A DNA stretch of 56,815 nucleotides, from NCBI GenBank assembly GCA_009692865.1, contig SHYH01000003.1, forward strand, positions 1 through 56,815, written 5' to 3'. Source of the stretch: Dehalococcoidia bacterium. Lineage in GTDB: Bacteria > Chloroflexota > Dehalococcoidia > Lucifugimonadales > GCA-2717565. Positions 41,502 through 51,323 of this stretch are shown piece by piece. Under the pieces are notes generated by a model. That model was not told the origin of the DNA, did no database searches, and was given only the letters and a program-made list of their open reading frames with translations. The stretch's first letter is position 1. Each line of letters begins with the position of its first letter. A program made the position numbers and the translations under genes.

Positions 41502-42758
41502 ATGCGTATTCTCCTGACCAACGACGACGGCATCTACGCGCCCGGCCTCTGGTACGCCGCCCACGCCCTAAGGGACCTGGGAGAGGTGATCATATCGGTT
41601 CCGGACCGGGAACAGAGCGGCGTGGGCACCGCCATCACCCTCCATCACCCCATCCGGGTCAACGAGGTGCCCTCCTTCCTTCCCGGGGTCACCACCTATG
41701 CGGTGGAGGGCACCCCCTCGGACGCCGTGATCCTGGCCCTGGAGACCCTGATGGAGGGCGACGTGGACCTGGTGGTGTCGGGCATCAACCAGGGGGCCAA
41801 CCTGGGCTGGGACATGCTCATATCTGGCACCGTTGCGGCCGCCCTCCAGGCCTACTTCCGGGGCCTCAGCGCCATCGCCATCTCCATAGCAGCCTTGACG
41901 GACGTCCCCTACAAGCCGGCGGCGCTTCTCTTGAAGAGCCTGGTGCCCCAGCTGATGGAGGGCGCGGTGGCCAGGCCCTTCCTGCTGAACATCAACCTTC
42001 CCAAGAAGTCCGTGGAGGAGATCGAGGGGATTGAGGTGACGCGGACGGCCAAGGTGGTGTACATGGACCAGGTGCAGGAGGGCGACGACATCCGGCGCCC
42101 CTACTACTGGATCGCTCGCACCCGTCCCAACTCCGAGACACCCCTTGAGGGCACCGACGTGGCGGCCATTCGCAACAACCGTATCTCCATAACCCCCCTG
42201 CAAATAGACCTCTCCTTTGAGGGGCACGCCGCCGAGTTCCAGGCGGTCACACCGGAGCTGCTGGAGAAGCTGAAGGGGGTGGCGACGCTTCCCGATCCCT
42301 GGGTAGCAGAGGGTGGAGAGGCCCCCCCCTGGATGGCGCGGAGGACACGAACCCTCCGGCCTCTTCGTGGGGCGACACCTCGCCTCATCTGCGACGGCCT
42401 GGAGGCCACCCTCGCCTTCTACGAGCGCCTGGGTTTCAAGGTGGACCACGAGTACAAGGACAAGGAGGGCCAGCGGTGGGAGGTCCTCTTGCGGAGGGAT
42501 AGCGTAACGCTTCGCTATGCGCGAAGGGAAAAGTACACGGCGGCCGCGGCCACGGGTTTCAAGAGGAAAGCGCGCGGTGTAGGCGTGGACATTTACGTGA
42601 CGACCCTGAACGTGGAGCGCATCTTCGATGAGTTCAAGGCGACGGGCGTCCCCATGGACCCAGAGCTGACGACCACCTATTCGGGGGCCAAGGAGTTTGC
42701 CGTCATGGACCCGAACGGCTACCGGCTGGTATTTGGCCAGCCAGGCACGCCGCGCTAA
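41502..42758 (+). CDS. surE: SurE nucleotidase fused to a C-terminal VOC/glyoxalase domain
   Basis: ILLTNDDG, GTP.D, SGINQG.N, SGTV; then A.LAFY..LGF...YSGAKEF.V.DPNGYRL.F. Confidence 0.9.
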   Translation: MRILLTNDDGIYAPGLWYAAHALRDLGEVIISVPDREQSGVGTAITLHHPIRVNEVPSFLPGVTTYAVEGTPSDAVILALETLMEGDVDLVVSGINQGANLGWDMLISGTVAAALQAYFRGLSAIAISIAALTDVPYKPAALLLKSLVPQLMEGAVARPFLLNINLPKKSVEEIEGIEVTRTAKVVYMDQVQEGDDIRRPYYWIARTRPNSETPLEGTDVAAIRNNRISITPLQIDLSFEGHAAEFQAVTPELLEKLKGVATLPDPWVAEGGEAPPWMARRTRTLRPLRGATPRLICDGLEATLAFYERLGFKVDHEYKDKEGQRWEVLLRRDSVTLRYARREKYTAAAATGFKRKARGVGVDIYVTTLNVERIFDEFKATGVPMDPELTTTYSGAKEFAVMDPNGYRLVFGQPGTPR

Positions 42759-42783
42759 GGCCACTGACCCTAGAGGTGCCTTT

Positions 42784-43899
42784 GTGGAAGATCAACCTTC
42801 CTTTCCGTCCCAGGGCCTCACCTACGTTCAGGCCGGGGTAGACGCCGCCTCGAAAGAGGAGGGTCTGCAAAAGCTTTTGAGCTGGGTTGGCCGGACCAGC
42901 GCGTTCAGAAAGGGAATCGGAGCGCCGGTCCTGGACATCGGCCACTTCGCCAACGTCCTGGACATCGGCCACGGGCTGGGCCTGGCCATCTCCACAGACA
43001 ACGTGGGCACCAAGGTGCTCATCGCCCAGATGGTGGGGAAGTACGACACCCTGGGCGTGGACTGTGTGGCCGTCAACGTCAACGATGTCTTGTGCGTAGG
43101 CGCGGAGCCCATCGCCCTGGTGGATTACATTGCCGTAGCGCAGATCCACGCCACTGTTCTGGAGGAGATGGGCAAAGGCATGTACCTGGGCGCTCAGGAG
43201 GCGGGGATCGCCATTGTGGGGGGGGAGGTGGCCCAGGTGCCCGACCTCGTGAAGGGCCCTAAGCCTGGCTACGCCTTTGACCTTTCTGCTACTTGCGTGG
43301 GTATAGTTCCCCTAGGACAGGTCGTTGTGGGCCGCGATATTCGAGAGGGGGATAGAGTGATAGGGCTGGCCAGCAGCGGCATCCACTGCAACGGGCTCAG
43401 CCTGGCCCGCAAGGCGCTGCTGGAGGGGAGCACCTTCAAGGTGGACACCTACGTTCCCGAGCTGGGCAAAACCGTAGGCGAGGAGCTGCTGGCACCCACC
43501 CGCATCTACGTGGCCGTGGTCATGGAGATGCTGCGGGCAGGCTTGCGAATCAAGGCTTTGGCGCACATCAGCGGCGGTGGCCTCACCAACCTCTCGCGGG
43601 TGGAGGCCCCTGTAGGGTTTGTCCTCCAGAAGCTTCCTGAGCCGCCTGCCATCTTCTCTCTTATCCAGCGGACGGGCCAGGTCAGCGACGCCGAGATGTA
43701 CACGGTGTTCAACATGGGCATCGGCTTCTGCGTGGTGGTGGACCCCACTGACGCGGCCAGCGTGCTGGAGATAGCGACTCGCCACGGCATCAGGGCCTAT
43801 CAACTGGGATATGCTGTCGCTGACCCGGCGAAAAAGGTGTTGCTTAAGCCCAAGGGGCTGGTGGGGGTTGAGGGGCGGTTCCAGGCGGCCAAGGGCTAG
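42784..43899 (+). CDS. purM: AIR synthetase
   Basis: Y..AGVD, TDNVGTK, VNVND, GGE.A, SSGIH.NG, PT.IY, FNMG.G. Confidence 0.95.
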   Translation: MEDQPSFPSQGLTYVQAGVDAASKEEGLQKLLSWVGRTSAFRKGIGAPVLDIGHFANVLDIGHGLGLAISTDNVGTKVLIAQMVGKYDTLGVDCVAVNVNDVLCVGAEPIALVDYIAVAQIHATVLEEMGKGMYLGAQEAGIAIVGGEVAQVPDLVKGPKPGYAFDLSATCVGIVPLGQVVVGRDIREGDRVIGLASSGIHCNGLSLARKALLEGSTFKVDTYVPELGKTVGEELLAPTRIYVAVVMEMLRAGLRIKALAHISGGGLTNLSRVEAPVGFVLQKLPEPPAIFSLIQRTGQVSDAEMYTVFNMGIGFCVVVDPTDAASVLEIATRHGIRAYQLGYAVADPAKKVLLKPKGLVGVEGRFQAAKG

Positions 43900-43911
43900 G
43901 CAGGGTGTGCC

Positions 43912-44061
43912 CTAGCAGGGTAATGAAAAACTCTTTCGACCATCCCCCTGTCCCCCTTCCTAGCCAGGAAGGGGGTGGAAATTATATCTGGGGGACACCC
44001 CCAGGCCCCCGTGCAAAGGGGCTTTGCCCCTCTGCACCCCCCTTCTCCAGCGTCCTGCTAG
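43912..44061 (+). mobile_element. MITE-like repeat family A, copy 3
   Basis: CTAGCAGG...CCTGCTAG ends; between convergent purM and folC. Confidence 0.88.
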
Positions 44062-45425
44062 CCCACCCTAGAGCTCCGAGGAAGCTCCGGGTAAAGCTCC
44101 GGAGGTATCCCCTTCACCTGCTCTCTCGCCTCGGCAACGGCAAAGAGGGAGCCCGTCACGAGCACCATGTCCTCCTCGTTGGCCTGGGAGATGGCGTATC
44201 GAGTGGCCTCGCCCACCTCCGCTACCTCGTGGACTGAAACCCCACGCTGCTGGAAGGGCCGTGCGATGGCGCTGGTGGGCAAGGCCCTGGGGTGGCGAGA
44301 GCGCGTGGCCACCACCAGGGCAGGGTTGAGTCGTGCCAGCTCCTCCACCATGCTTTCGAAGTCCTTGTCGGCGGAGACGCCCAGGACGAGGAGGAGACGG
44401 CGGTGGGGAAGGTCCTCCCCCACGGCCTGCCGCAGCCGGCCCATGGAAGCCGGGTTGTGGGCGCCGTCGACCACCACCAGGGGGTCGCGTTGGAGCACCT
44501 CCAAGCGCCCGGGCCAGCGGACGCTTTCCAGTCCTTGCACCATGTTCCGCTGAGCAATAGAGACCCCCTGGCGCCGTAGGACGTCGAGAGCGGTCACAGC
44601 GGTGGCGGCGTTCTCCATTTGATGCCTCCCCAGCAGGGGAATCCAGAGGGACCACTCCCCCTGGCGACCGCGCAGGGTGAAGGACTGGCCTTCCAAGTCC
44701 TGGGCCGTCCGCTCCCAGGCGTACTCCTGGGCAACCTGCACCAGGGTGGCCCCCCTGGTCTCACACACCTCCTGGATCACGGCCAGCGCCTCTGGTAGCT
44801 GGGGCGCTGTGACCACCGTTACCCCTGGCTTGATGATGCCCGCCTTCTCTCTCGCGATCTCCGCAACGGTGTTGCCCAGAATGGCGGTGTGGTCCAGGCT
44901 AAGGGCAGTGATGACGCAGACCAGAGGTCGCGGCACCATGTTGGTGGCATCCAGGCGCCCGCCCAGGCCCACCTCCAGCACCTGAATGTCGGCCCTCCGG
45001 CGGGCGAAGTGGGCAAAGGCCATGGCGGTGAGCATCTCAAAGGTGGTCACTCCCCCGTGGGGGTCCGTCTTTCCCACTTCTTGAGCTGCATCCGAAAGGC
45101 CTTCCACCAGGGAGGCGAACTCCTGGGCTGTGATGGGGATGAGGCCCATGCGGATGCGCTCGCGGAAGGCATGGAGGTGGGGTGAGGTGTAGAGGCCCGT
45201 CACGTAGCCCTGTTCCGTCAGGGCCGATGCGATCATGGCGGCAGTGCTGCCCTTGCCCTTGGTGCCGGCAAGGTGCACCGTAGGCACCTGCAGGTGGGGG
45301 TTTCCCAGGCGACGCAGGAACTCCTCCATGCGTGTGAGGTCGTAGCGGGGTAGTCCGCCCGTGCGGTAGGCCCGCTCGTAGTCCACCAGGCTAAGAAGGT
45401 GCTGGATGGATTCGCGATAGTCCAA
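44058..45425 (-). CDS. folC: Folylpolyglutamate/dihydrofolate synthase
   Basis: AGTKGKGS, YTSPHL..FRERI, EVGLGGRLDATN, WPGR, DGAHN, TGSL. Confidence 0.96.
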   Translation of the reverse strand: MDYRESIQHLLSLVDYERAYRTGGLPRYDLTRMEEFLRRLGNPHLQVPTVHLAGTKGKGSTAAMIASALTEQGYVTGLYTSPHLHAFRERIRMGLIPITAQEFASLVEGLSDAAQEVGKTDPHGGVTTFEMLTAMAFAHFARRRADIQVLEVGLGGRLDATNMVPRPLVCVITALSLDHTAILGNTVAEIAREKAGIIKPGVTVVTAPQLPEALAVIQEVCETRGATLVQVAQEYAWERTAQDLEGQSFTLRGRQGEWSLWIPLLGRHQMENAATAVTALDVLRRQGVSIAQRNMVQGLESVRWPGRLEVLQRDPLVVVDGAHNPASMGRLRQAVGEDLPHRRLLLVLGVSADKDFESMVEELARLNPALVVATRSRHPRALPTSAIARPFQQRGVSVHEVAEVGEATRYAISQANEEDMVLVTGSLFAVAEAREQVKGIPPELYPELPRSSRVG

Positions 45426-45444
45426 GGGTCCTCCTGGAAGGCCT

Positions 45445-46386
45445 CTAGTGGTCGCGAATGTGCTTGGGCAGAGCTCCCAGGGTGGCCTTCACGGCGTCGA
45501 GGTAGGTCAGCCTTCGCACGTAGTCCAGGCTCCCCCGAAGGGGTCGCGGCTGGAACCCAAAGTGGCGCTCCACGCTATCCAAGCCAGTCACGTCGTCTAT
45601 TGCCAGCATCGCTAGCTGCTGTCGGGTCACCGGGGAGCGAGGGAGAACGCCCATGATAGTAGCCAGAAGCCCCATGAATGGCAGCGGCACATGGACCTTC
45701 AGGCGTCGCGCCCCCAGTGTGGCGACAACCAGGTCCATCAACTCGTTATAGGTGAACTGGTGTGGCCCGCCAATCTCGATAGTCTGGTTCACCAACCTAT
45801 CCGAGGACAAGGCCTGCTCCACGCAGCGTGCCACGTCCTCCACCCAGATGGGCTGGAACTGGGCCTTGCCGGGGCCTGCAATAGGGACCAAGGGAAGGGC
45901 CTTGGCCATGCCCGCCAGCAGGTTGAAGAACCCGTCCCCCTCGCCAAAGAGAAAGGAGGGGCGCAAGACCGTGTAGGGAACGCCGCCTTGCACCACAGCC
46001 TGCTCGCCCTGCCATTTGGAATGGAGGTAGGGGTAACGCGGGCTGTCCTGGGCGCCGATGACGCTCAGGTGAACGAGCCGGCGGACGCCTGCCTCTCTGG
46101 CGGCGGCGACGACGTTGGCAGTGCCCTGGTGGTTGACGCTCTGGAAGGTGGCTCCGCTCTTTTCTCGAATGGTGGACACCAGGTGGACGACCGCATCCGT
46201 ACCTGCCACGGCCTGTCGGACGGCGGCGATGTCTCGCACGTCACCGTAGCAAGGCTCGGCGCCGTAGGGGGTAACCACCTCCGCGCGGCCTGAGTGGAGG
46301 AGGGCCCGCACGGGGTGGCCGGCCTGCCGGAGGACTTTCACCACGTGGCGGCCAAGAAATCCCGCAGCGCCGGTCACCAGAATCAT
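45445..46386 (-). CDS. NDUFA9-like NAD(P)-binding SDR protein
   Basis: ILVTGAAGFLG, Y..SK, LRPS..FG, FQPIWV.D. Confidence 0.9.
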   Translation of the reverse strand: MILVTGAAGFLGRHVVKVLRQAGHPVRALLHSGRAEVVTPYGAEPCYGDVRDIAAVRQAVAGTDAVVHLVSTIREKSGATFQSVNHQGTANVVAAAREAGVRRLVHLSVIGAQDSPRYPYLHSKWQGEQAVVQGGVPYTVLRPSFLFGEGDGFFNLLAGMAKALPLVPIAGPGKAQFQPIWVEDVARCVEQALSSDRLVNQTIEIGGPHQFTYNELMDLVVATLGARRLKVHVPLPFMGLLATIMGVLPRSPVTRQQLAMLAIDDVTGLDSVERHFGFQPRPLRGSLDYVRRLTYLDAVKATLGALPKHIRDH

Positions 46387-46487
46387 GGCCCGTTTCCCCC
46401 TTTGCCCATCGCTGGAAGCGTAGCAAAGGGACAAGGGGGTGTCAACGGAAGGGGGGAGCGGCCGGTGTTCGGTTTGGGTATCGGCCA

Positions 46488-46516
46488 TTGAACATACGCC
46501 TAGTGCCTTCTATAAT
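46488..46516 (+). promoter_or_regulatory. Sigma70-like promoter of lysA
   Basis: TTGAAC-17 nt-TATAAT. Confidence 0.7.
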
Positions 46517-46546
46517 GCCATTGCCATTCTGCTGCCAGGAGCCGCC

Positions 46547-47860
46547 GTGGATCCTTCCCTGAAACCCGTTCTTCCTGACACCGCTCACGTCAACGCCAAG
46601 GGCCACCTGGTGCTGGGCGGATGTGACGTGGCCGATCTCGCTAAGGAGTTCGGCACGCCCCTGTACGTGTTTGACGAGGCCACCCTGCGTAAGCGGTGCC
46701 GCGCCTTCCTCCAGGAGTTCCGCAGCCGGTACCCGGCCACCCAGGTGGTGTACGCCAGCAAGGCCTTCAGCAATGTGGCCCTGGCTCGCCTGCTCCAGGA
46801 GGAGGGCTTGGGCCTCGATGTGGTCTCGGGGGGCGAGCTGGCCCTGGCTCGCCGTGTGGAGTTTCCAGCGGAGCGTATCTACTTCCACGGCAACAACAAG
46901 AGCGTGGAGGAGCTGCGGATGGCGCTCGAGTATCGCATAGGCGCGGTGGTGGTGGATGGCCTGGGGGAGCTTGAGCTGCTGGAGCGCCTGGCCGCCGGGT
47001 GGGGGATGACCCAGGACGTCATGCTCCGCGTCTCCCCAGGTGTGGACCCCCACACCCATGCGCACACCACGACGGGCATTCTGGACAGCAAGTTCGGCAT
47101 CCCCATCCAGACCGGGCAGGCCGAGGAGGCGATGAAGGCGGCCTTGCGGTCGCCCCACCTGAATCTGGTGGGCCTACACTTCCACCTGGGATCGCCCATC
47201 TTTGAGCTGGAGCCCTATCGGGTGGCCATTAAGGTGGTCCTGGAGTTCGCCGCCTCCTTCACCCGCCAGGGCTTTCAAATGCGGGCCTTCAGCCCGGGAG
47301 GAGGCTTCGCCATCGCCTACCTGCGGGATACGCTGCCCCCCGAGATCGGCGAGTACGCCCACGTTATCACGGGCGCTCTCCGGGAGGGGTGCGAGCGCCA
47401 CGGCTTGCCTCTTCCCCAGCTTGTCGTGGAACCTGGGCGCGCCATTGTGGGGCCTGCTGGCGTGGCCCTTTACACCGTGGGAGCCATCAAGGAGGTTCCC
47501 GGCGTCAGGACCTACGTGGCCGTGGACGGCGGCATGGGGGACAACATCAGGCCTGCTCTCTACGGCGCCCAGTACGAGGCCCTCCTGGCGAACCACATGG
47601 ACGAGGCGGACGAGCAGCGGGTCACCATTGCGGGAAAGTACTGTGAGTCGGGCGACGTCCTGGTGCGCGATGCCCTTCTCCCTCCGGTGCGGTCGGGCGA
47701 CCTCATCGCCATGCCCGCTGCTGGGGCCTATGCCCCTGCCATGTCCAACAACTACAACATGGCCCCGCGCCCTGCCATCGTCATGGTCAAGGACGGGAAG
47801 GCCCGCCTCATCCGCCGCCGTGAGACCTACGAGGACCTCATGGCGAGCGACGTTCTCTAA
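46547..47860 (+). CDS. lysA: Diaminopimelate decarboxylase
   Basis: GTPLYV, YASKA, SKFG, HFHLGS, EPGR, CESGD, GAY. Confidence 0.97.
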   Translation: MDPSLKPVLPDTAHVNAKGHLVLGGCDVADLAKEFGTPLYVFDEATLRKRCRAFLQEFRSRYPATQVVYASKAFSNVALARLLQEEGLGLDVVSGGELALARRVEFPAERIYFHGNNKSVEELRMALEYRIGAVVVDGLGELELLERLAAGWGMTQDVMLRVSPGVDPHTHAHTTTGILDSKFGIPIQTGQAEEAMKAALRSPHLNLVGLHFHLGSPIFELEPYRVAIKVVLEFAASFTRQGFQMRAFSPGGGFAIAYLRDTLPPEIGEYAHVITGALREGCERHGLPLPQLVVEPGRAIVGPAGVALYTVGAIKEVPGVRTYVAVDGGMGDNIRPALYGAQYEALLANHMDEADEQRVTIAGKYCESGDVLVRDALLPPVRSGDLIAMPAAGAYAPAMSNNYNMAPRPAIVMVKDGKARLIRRRETYEDLMASDVL

Positions 47861-47884
47861 TCCTCCGCGTGGGTTGCGTGTCTT

Positions 47885-48898
47885 ATGGGACCCGTCATAG
47901 GGCATGAGGGCGTGTTGCGCCTCCTGAAACAAAGCCTTCAGAAGGGGCGGCTGGCCCACAGCTACCTCCTGGTGGGGCCGCCTCACGTTGGGAAGATGAC
48001 GGTGGCCCTGTACCTGGCCCAGGCCGTCAACTGCACAGGCTCTTCGCAGCCGTGCCGGGCGTGCTCCCAGTGCGTAAGGATAGCTTCAGGCAGGCACGCC
48101 GACGTCCAGGTCCTGGGCCTGAGAGAGGGCGGGGCCACCAAGGAGATCAGCATTGACCAGGTGCGGGAGATCCAGCGGGCGGCCTCCCTCAAGCCCTTCG
48201 AGGGGAGCTGCCGCGTCTTCATCGTGGAGGGGGCCGAGCGCCTGAGCGCCCATGCCACCAACGCCCTGCTGAAGACCCTGGAGGAGCCGCCGCCTCAGGT
48301 GTTGCTGCTCCTCCTCGCCACCGACGAGGAGGCCCTGTTGCCCACCCTGCGCTCTCGCTGCCAACGGTTGGAGCTGTACTCGCTGGGGGTCCAGGAGGTG
48401 GCTCGCGCCCTTGAAGAGAGGGGTGTGGCCCCCAAGATGGCCCAGCATCTGGCCCTTCACTCTCAGGGGTGTCCCGGCATCGCCTTGCGAGCCCTGGAGG
48501 AGCCGGAATGGCTGGAGGCCCAGGAGGTGGAGGCGGAGCAGGTGGCCCAACTGCTGACGGCCTCTCTCCACCAGAGGTTTGCCCTGGCGGCGGAGCTTGC
48601 CCAGCGGTTTCAGGCCAACCGAGAGGATGTGCAGGCTGTTTTGGGGCTGTGGCTGGAGTGGTGGCGGGACCTGCTTCTGGTCAAGGAGGGGGCGACGGCT
48701 TACCTGGTGCATCCTGAGCTTCGCCCGACGTTGGAGGGCCTGGCCCCTGAGGTGGACGCCCTGGCGGTCGCCCGGAGCCTTCGCCTGATCCAGGAGACCC
48801 TGGATGTGTTGGACCAGAACGCCAACGCCAGGATGGCCCTGGAGCACCTGCTCCTTGGATTCCCGTTCCTGGAGCGTCAGGAGACTGCTGCAACCTGA
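47885..48898 (+). CDS. holB: DNA polymerase III delta' subunit
   Basis: HSYL..GP..VGK, Cys cluster, H.DV, NALLKTLEEPP, SRC. Confidence 0.93.
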   Translation: MGPVIGHEGVLRLLKQSLQKGRLAHSYLLVGPPHVGKMTVALYLAQAVNCTGSSQPCRACSQCVRIASGRHADVQVLGLREGGATKEISIDQVREIQRAASLKPFEGSCRVFIVEGAERLSAHATNALLKTLEEPPPQVLLLLLATDEEALLPTLRSRCQRLELYSLGVQEVARALEERGVAPKMAQHLALHSQGCPGIALRALEEPEWLEAQEVEAEQVAQLLTASLHQRFALAAELAQRFQANREDVQAVLGLWLEWWRDLLLVKEGATAYLVHPELRPTLEGLAPEVDALAVARSLRLIQETLDVLDQNANARMALEHLLLGFPFLERQETAAT

Positions 48899-49047
48899 TA
48901 GCAGGCTGCGGGAAAAGGGGAGTACAGAGGGGCGGAGCCCCTTTGGCGGGGGTCTGGGGGGAACCCCCAGATATCATTCCCACCCCCTTCCTGGCCAGGA
49001 AGGAGGACAAGGGGGATGGTCGCAAGGGTTTTTCAGCATCCTGATAG
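48899..49047 (-). mobile_element. MITE-like repeat family A, copy 4 (inverted)
   Basis: TAGCAGGCTGCGG...TTTTTCAGCATCCTGATAG; reverse complement of the other copies. Confidence 0.88.
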
Positions 49048-49074
49048 AGATGGCATGAGAAGTGAGAGGAAGAG

Positions 49075-49323
49075 ATGCCTCGACAGCTAGCGGGGGTGCG
49101 GTTCCAGCGTGGGGAAAGGGTCTACTACTGCGACCCTGGGGACCTGGACCTGAAGGTGAACGACCGTTTGGTGGTGGAGGCGGACTGGGGCCCTACCGTG
49201 GGCTGGGTGGTTATCACGCCTCAACAGATGATCCACGCCGAGGGGGTGGAGGATCTCCTGCGCATTTTGCGAAGGGCCACGTCTGAGGACATGGCGGCCC
49301 AAAGGGCCAGGCCGGGCGGGTAG
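49075..49323 (+). CDS. Short RicT/YaaT N-terminal-like protein
   Basis: GVRF....VYY.DP...L...D.LVVE...G...G.V...ILR.AT.ED; follows holB; lacks the Cys-rich C-terminal domain. Confidence 0.75.
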   Translation: MPRQLAGVRFQRGERVYYCDPGDLDLKVNDRLVVEADWGPTVGWVVITPQQMIHAEGVEDLLRILRRATSEDMAAQRARPGG

Positions 49324-49369
49324 GCTCTAGCGTTTGAGGGATGCTCAGCCTGTGCACCGTCCCCCGGCT

Positions 49370-49879
49370 TCACCGCCCCAGACGGCGAAGGCCGTGGAGG
49401 ATCTTTTCGGTGGGCGAGAGGCTGGACAGGTCAGGGGAGGGGCGCAGGGGCGCGCCAGGGGGAATGCGCTCGGCGGCTACCTTGGCCTCCAGTTGCTGGC
49501 GGATCCATGTCACCACCCGCTGGGCCGACGCCAGGGAGCCCTCCAGGGCCTCCACGTTGTCCCCCTGGACCAGGTCGGGGGGCACGTCGGGAGCGGCGGT
49601 GAGCAGGGCGGTTCGATACTGGCCCAGGGTGCGGCGCAGCTCCTCTTCCAGCCGCTCAGCACGCTGGGCCTGCTCCTGGCCTTGACGCTCCGCTGCGCCT
49701 AGAGCGACTGCCAACTGGGCGACCCGGACCTCCCGCTCTGACCAGACCTCCTACAGGTAGGTGATCTGGAGCTCCGGGGACGTAGAGGGCTCTTGGGAAG
49801 GGATGTCCTCTCCTTTCGGAGAAGCTAGCCCATTCTCACGGGCCTCGCTAGCGCCAGCCTGGGCTACGCTGTCAGCCAT
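49370..49879 (-). pseudogene. Phage capsid-scaffold-like coiled-coil protein with in-frame TAG
   Basis: GGAGGAG SD, ATG 49879, TAG at 49751-49753; C-terminal VP.DLVQG...IP.GAP.R...DLS.LSP.EKI..G. Confidence 0.6.
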
Positions 49880-49998
49880 AACTCCTCCTCCAATGGACTG
49901 TGGCAACGGGACTGTGGCCTTAGGCTAGCCGTTCCCCTTCGGTTCGAGCAAGGGACAGCTAGCACCCGCGGCAGTCGCCAGGAACCTGGTGTGCTACA

Positions 49999-50979
49999 AT
50001 GCCAGGGCTGGATACTCAGACCGCTTCCGCCACTACCCTGCTGCCGAGGGTTTCCCCTTGCTCGCTAAGGTCAAGACCGCCGCCCTTCACCGGGTCAGTG
50101 CGGGTGAACCTCAAACACTACCCGTCAGGCGCCAACGTGGGCACGCAGACCACGTCCACAGGCTTCTTTACCTTCGTCAACCGCACTGTGGGGAGGTACA
50201 TAGTGGAGATTGTCCCGCCGCTGGGTGCAACTCCGCTGGGCCCGCTGTTCTTCGACAACGTGTTCGTCACCTGCGACATGGAGACGCCGATGCGGTTCCA
50301 GCTCAACCGGCCACCGACGGCGGATGCCGGGCCGGACCAGGCGGCCGATGAATTTGCGACGGTCAACTTGAGCGGCACAGGGTCTTCTGACCCGGATCAC
50401 GACCCACTCGCCTTCGCATAGGTCCAGACCGGCGGTCCGGGCGTACTCCTCATCGGCGCCAACACGGCGACACCTTCGTTTACCGCACCCCAAGTGCCCG
50501 CCGAGCTCGTGTCCCTCACCGTTGCCTTCCAACTCACCGTTGACGATGGCTTCGACGGCACATCCACTAACTCCGTCATGATCACCCTGCGCGACGTGCT
50601 GCCGGCCCAGTTCCAGGGTGCGCGAACCATTGGCTACTGGAAGAACCACGAGAGCCAGATCGCGGCGATACTCACGCAGGGCTCGATCAACTTGGGCGAC
50701 ACCACCGTAACGACGGTTGCCCAAGCGGTGAGCGTCCTCTCCAACGCCAGCGCCAAGGACGCCCGCAACTCCCTGCGGGCCCAAATGCTCGGCACGATCC
50801 TCGACTTGCGCAACGGAGCCAACCCATTTGCCACCGGGCCGGACATCCGACCGGCGGTCTTCGCAGGCATAGCCTTTCTCGCCAGCCACCCGCCTCCGGT
50901 TATCGGGCAATCCCCAGACCGGGTAGCCGCCCTGGCGCTGAAGGACCTGTTCGACGCGTTCAACAACAGCGGGGAGTGA
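49999..50979 (+). pseudogene. PKD/Ig-like-domain surface protein with in-frame TAG at 50419-50421
   Basis: NRPP.ADAGPDQ...L.G..SSDPD...AFA*VQTGGP...FQLTVDDG, then TIGYWKNH domain. Confidence 0.75.
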
Positions 50980-51037
50980 GAGATGGGTAGGTGATCACCT
51001 AGAACCAGGCGCCAGCGGCCTCCACGATAATTGATCA

Positions 51038-51069
51038 GGAAGGGCCTCCTCACGGGGAGGCCCTTCCTG
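51038..51069. terminator. Strong hairpin, probable terminator
   Basis: AGGAAGGGCCTCC-TCACGG-GGAGGCCCTTCCT. Confidence 0.6.
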
Positions 51070-51187
51070 ATGCTCTATGCCGATAATTCCGTGCTGTCCA
51101 TCCCTGACAATTCTAGGGGGAGTGAGTTCCCAGAGCCTGCACTGAGCCCGTCGAGCCTTCCGCTAGCCGCGATTTTCGGATATACTG

Positions 51188-51310
51188 CCCAAGGCAGTCA
51201 GTTCGCAACGGGGCCTGAATGACAACACGAGGCGTTTCACAAAGCGCCCACGCGAACCTGAGCTAGGCACTGATAGAAATCTTGGGGCGTCGTCATGAAC
51301 GGCGATGTCC
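51188..51310 (+). ncRNA. Candidate structured leader RNA upstream of rplY
   Basis: Nested pairings CCCAAG/CTTGGG, CAGT/ACTG, GTTCGC/GCGAAC, GGCGTTT/AAGCGCC, plus a hairpin adjacent to the SD. Confidence 0.35.
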
Positions 51311-51323
51311 TTGTGGAGGAGTC

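Noticed and set aside
46390-46546. Lysine riboswitch before lysA
   Set aside because: The promoter lies about 30 nt from the start codon, leaving no room
51188-51310. Assignment as SRP, 6S or a known riboswitch
   Set aside because: Lacks the SRP CAGG..GGAA..AGCAG motif, is short for 6S and shows no riboswitch consensus I recognise
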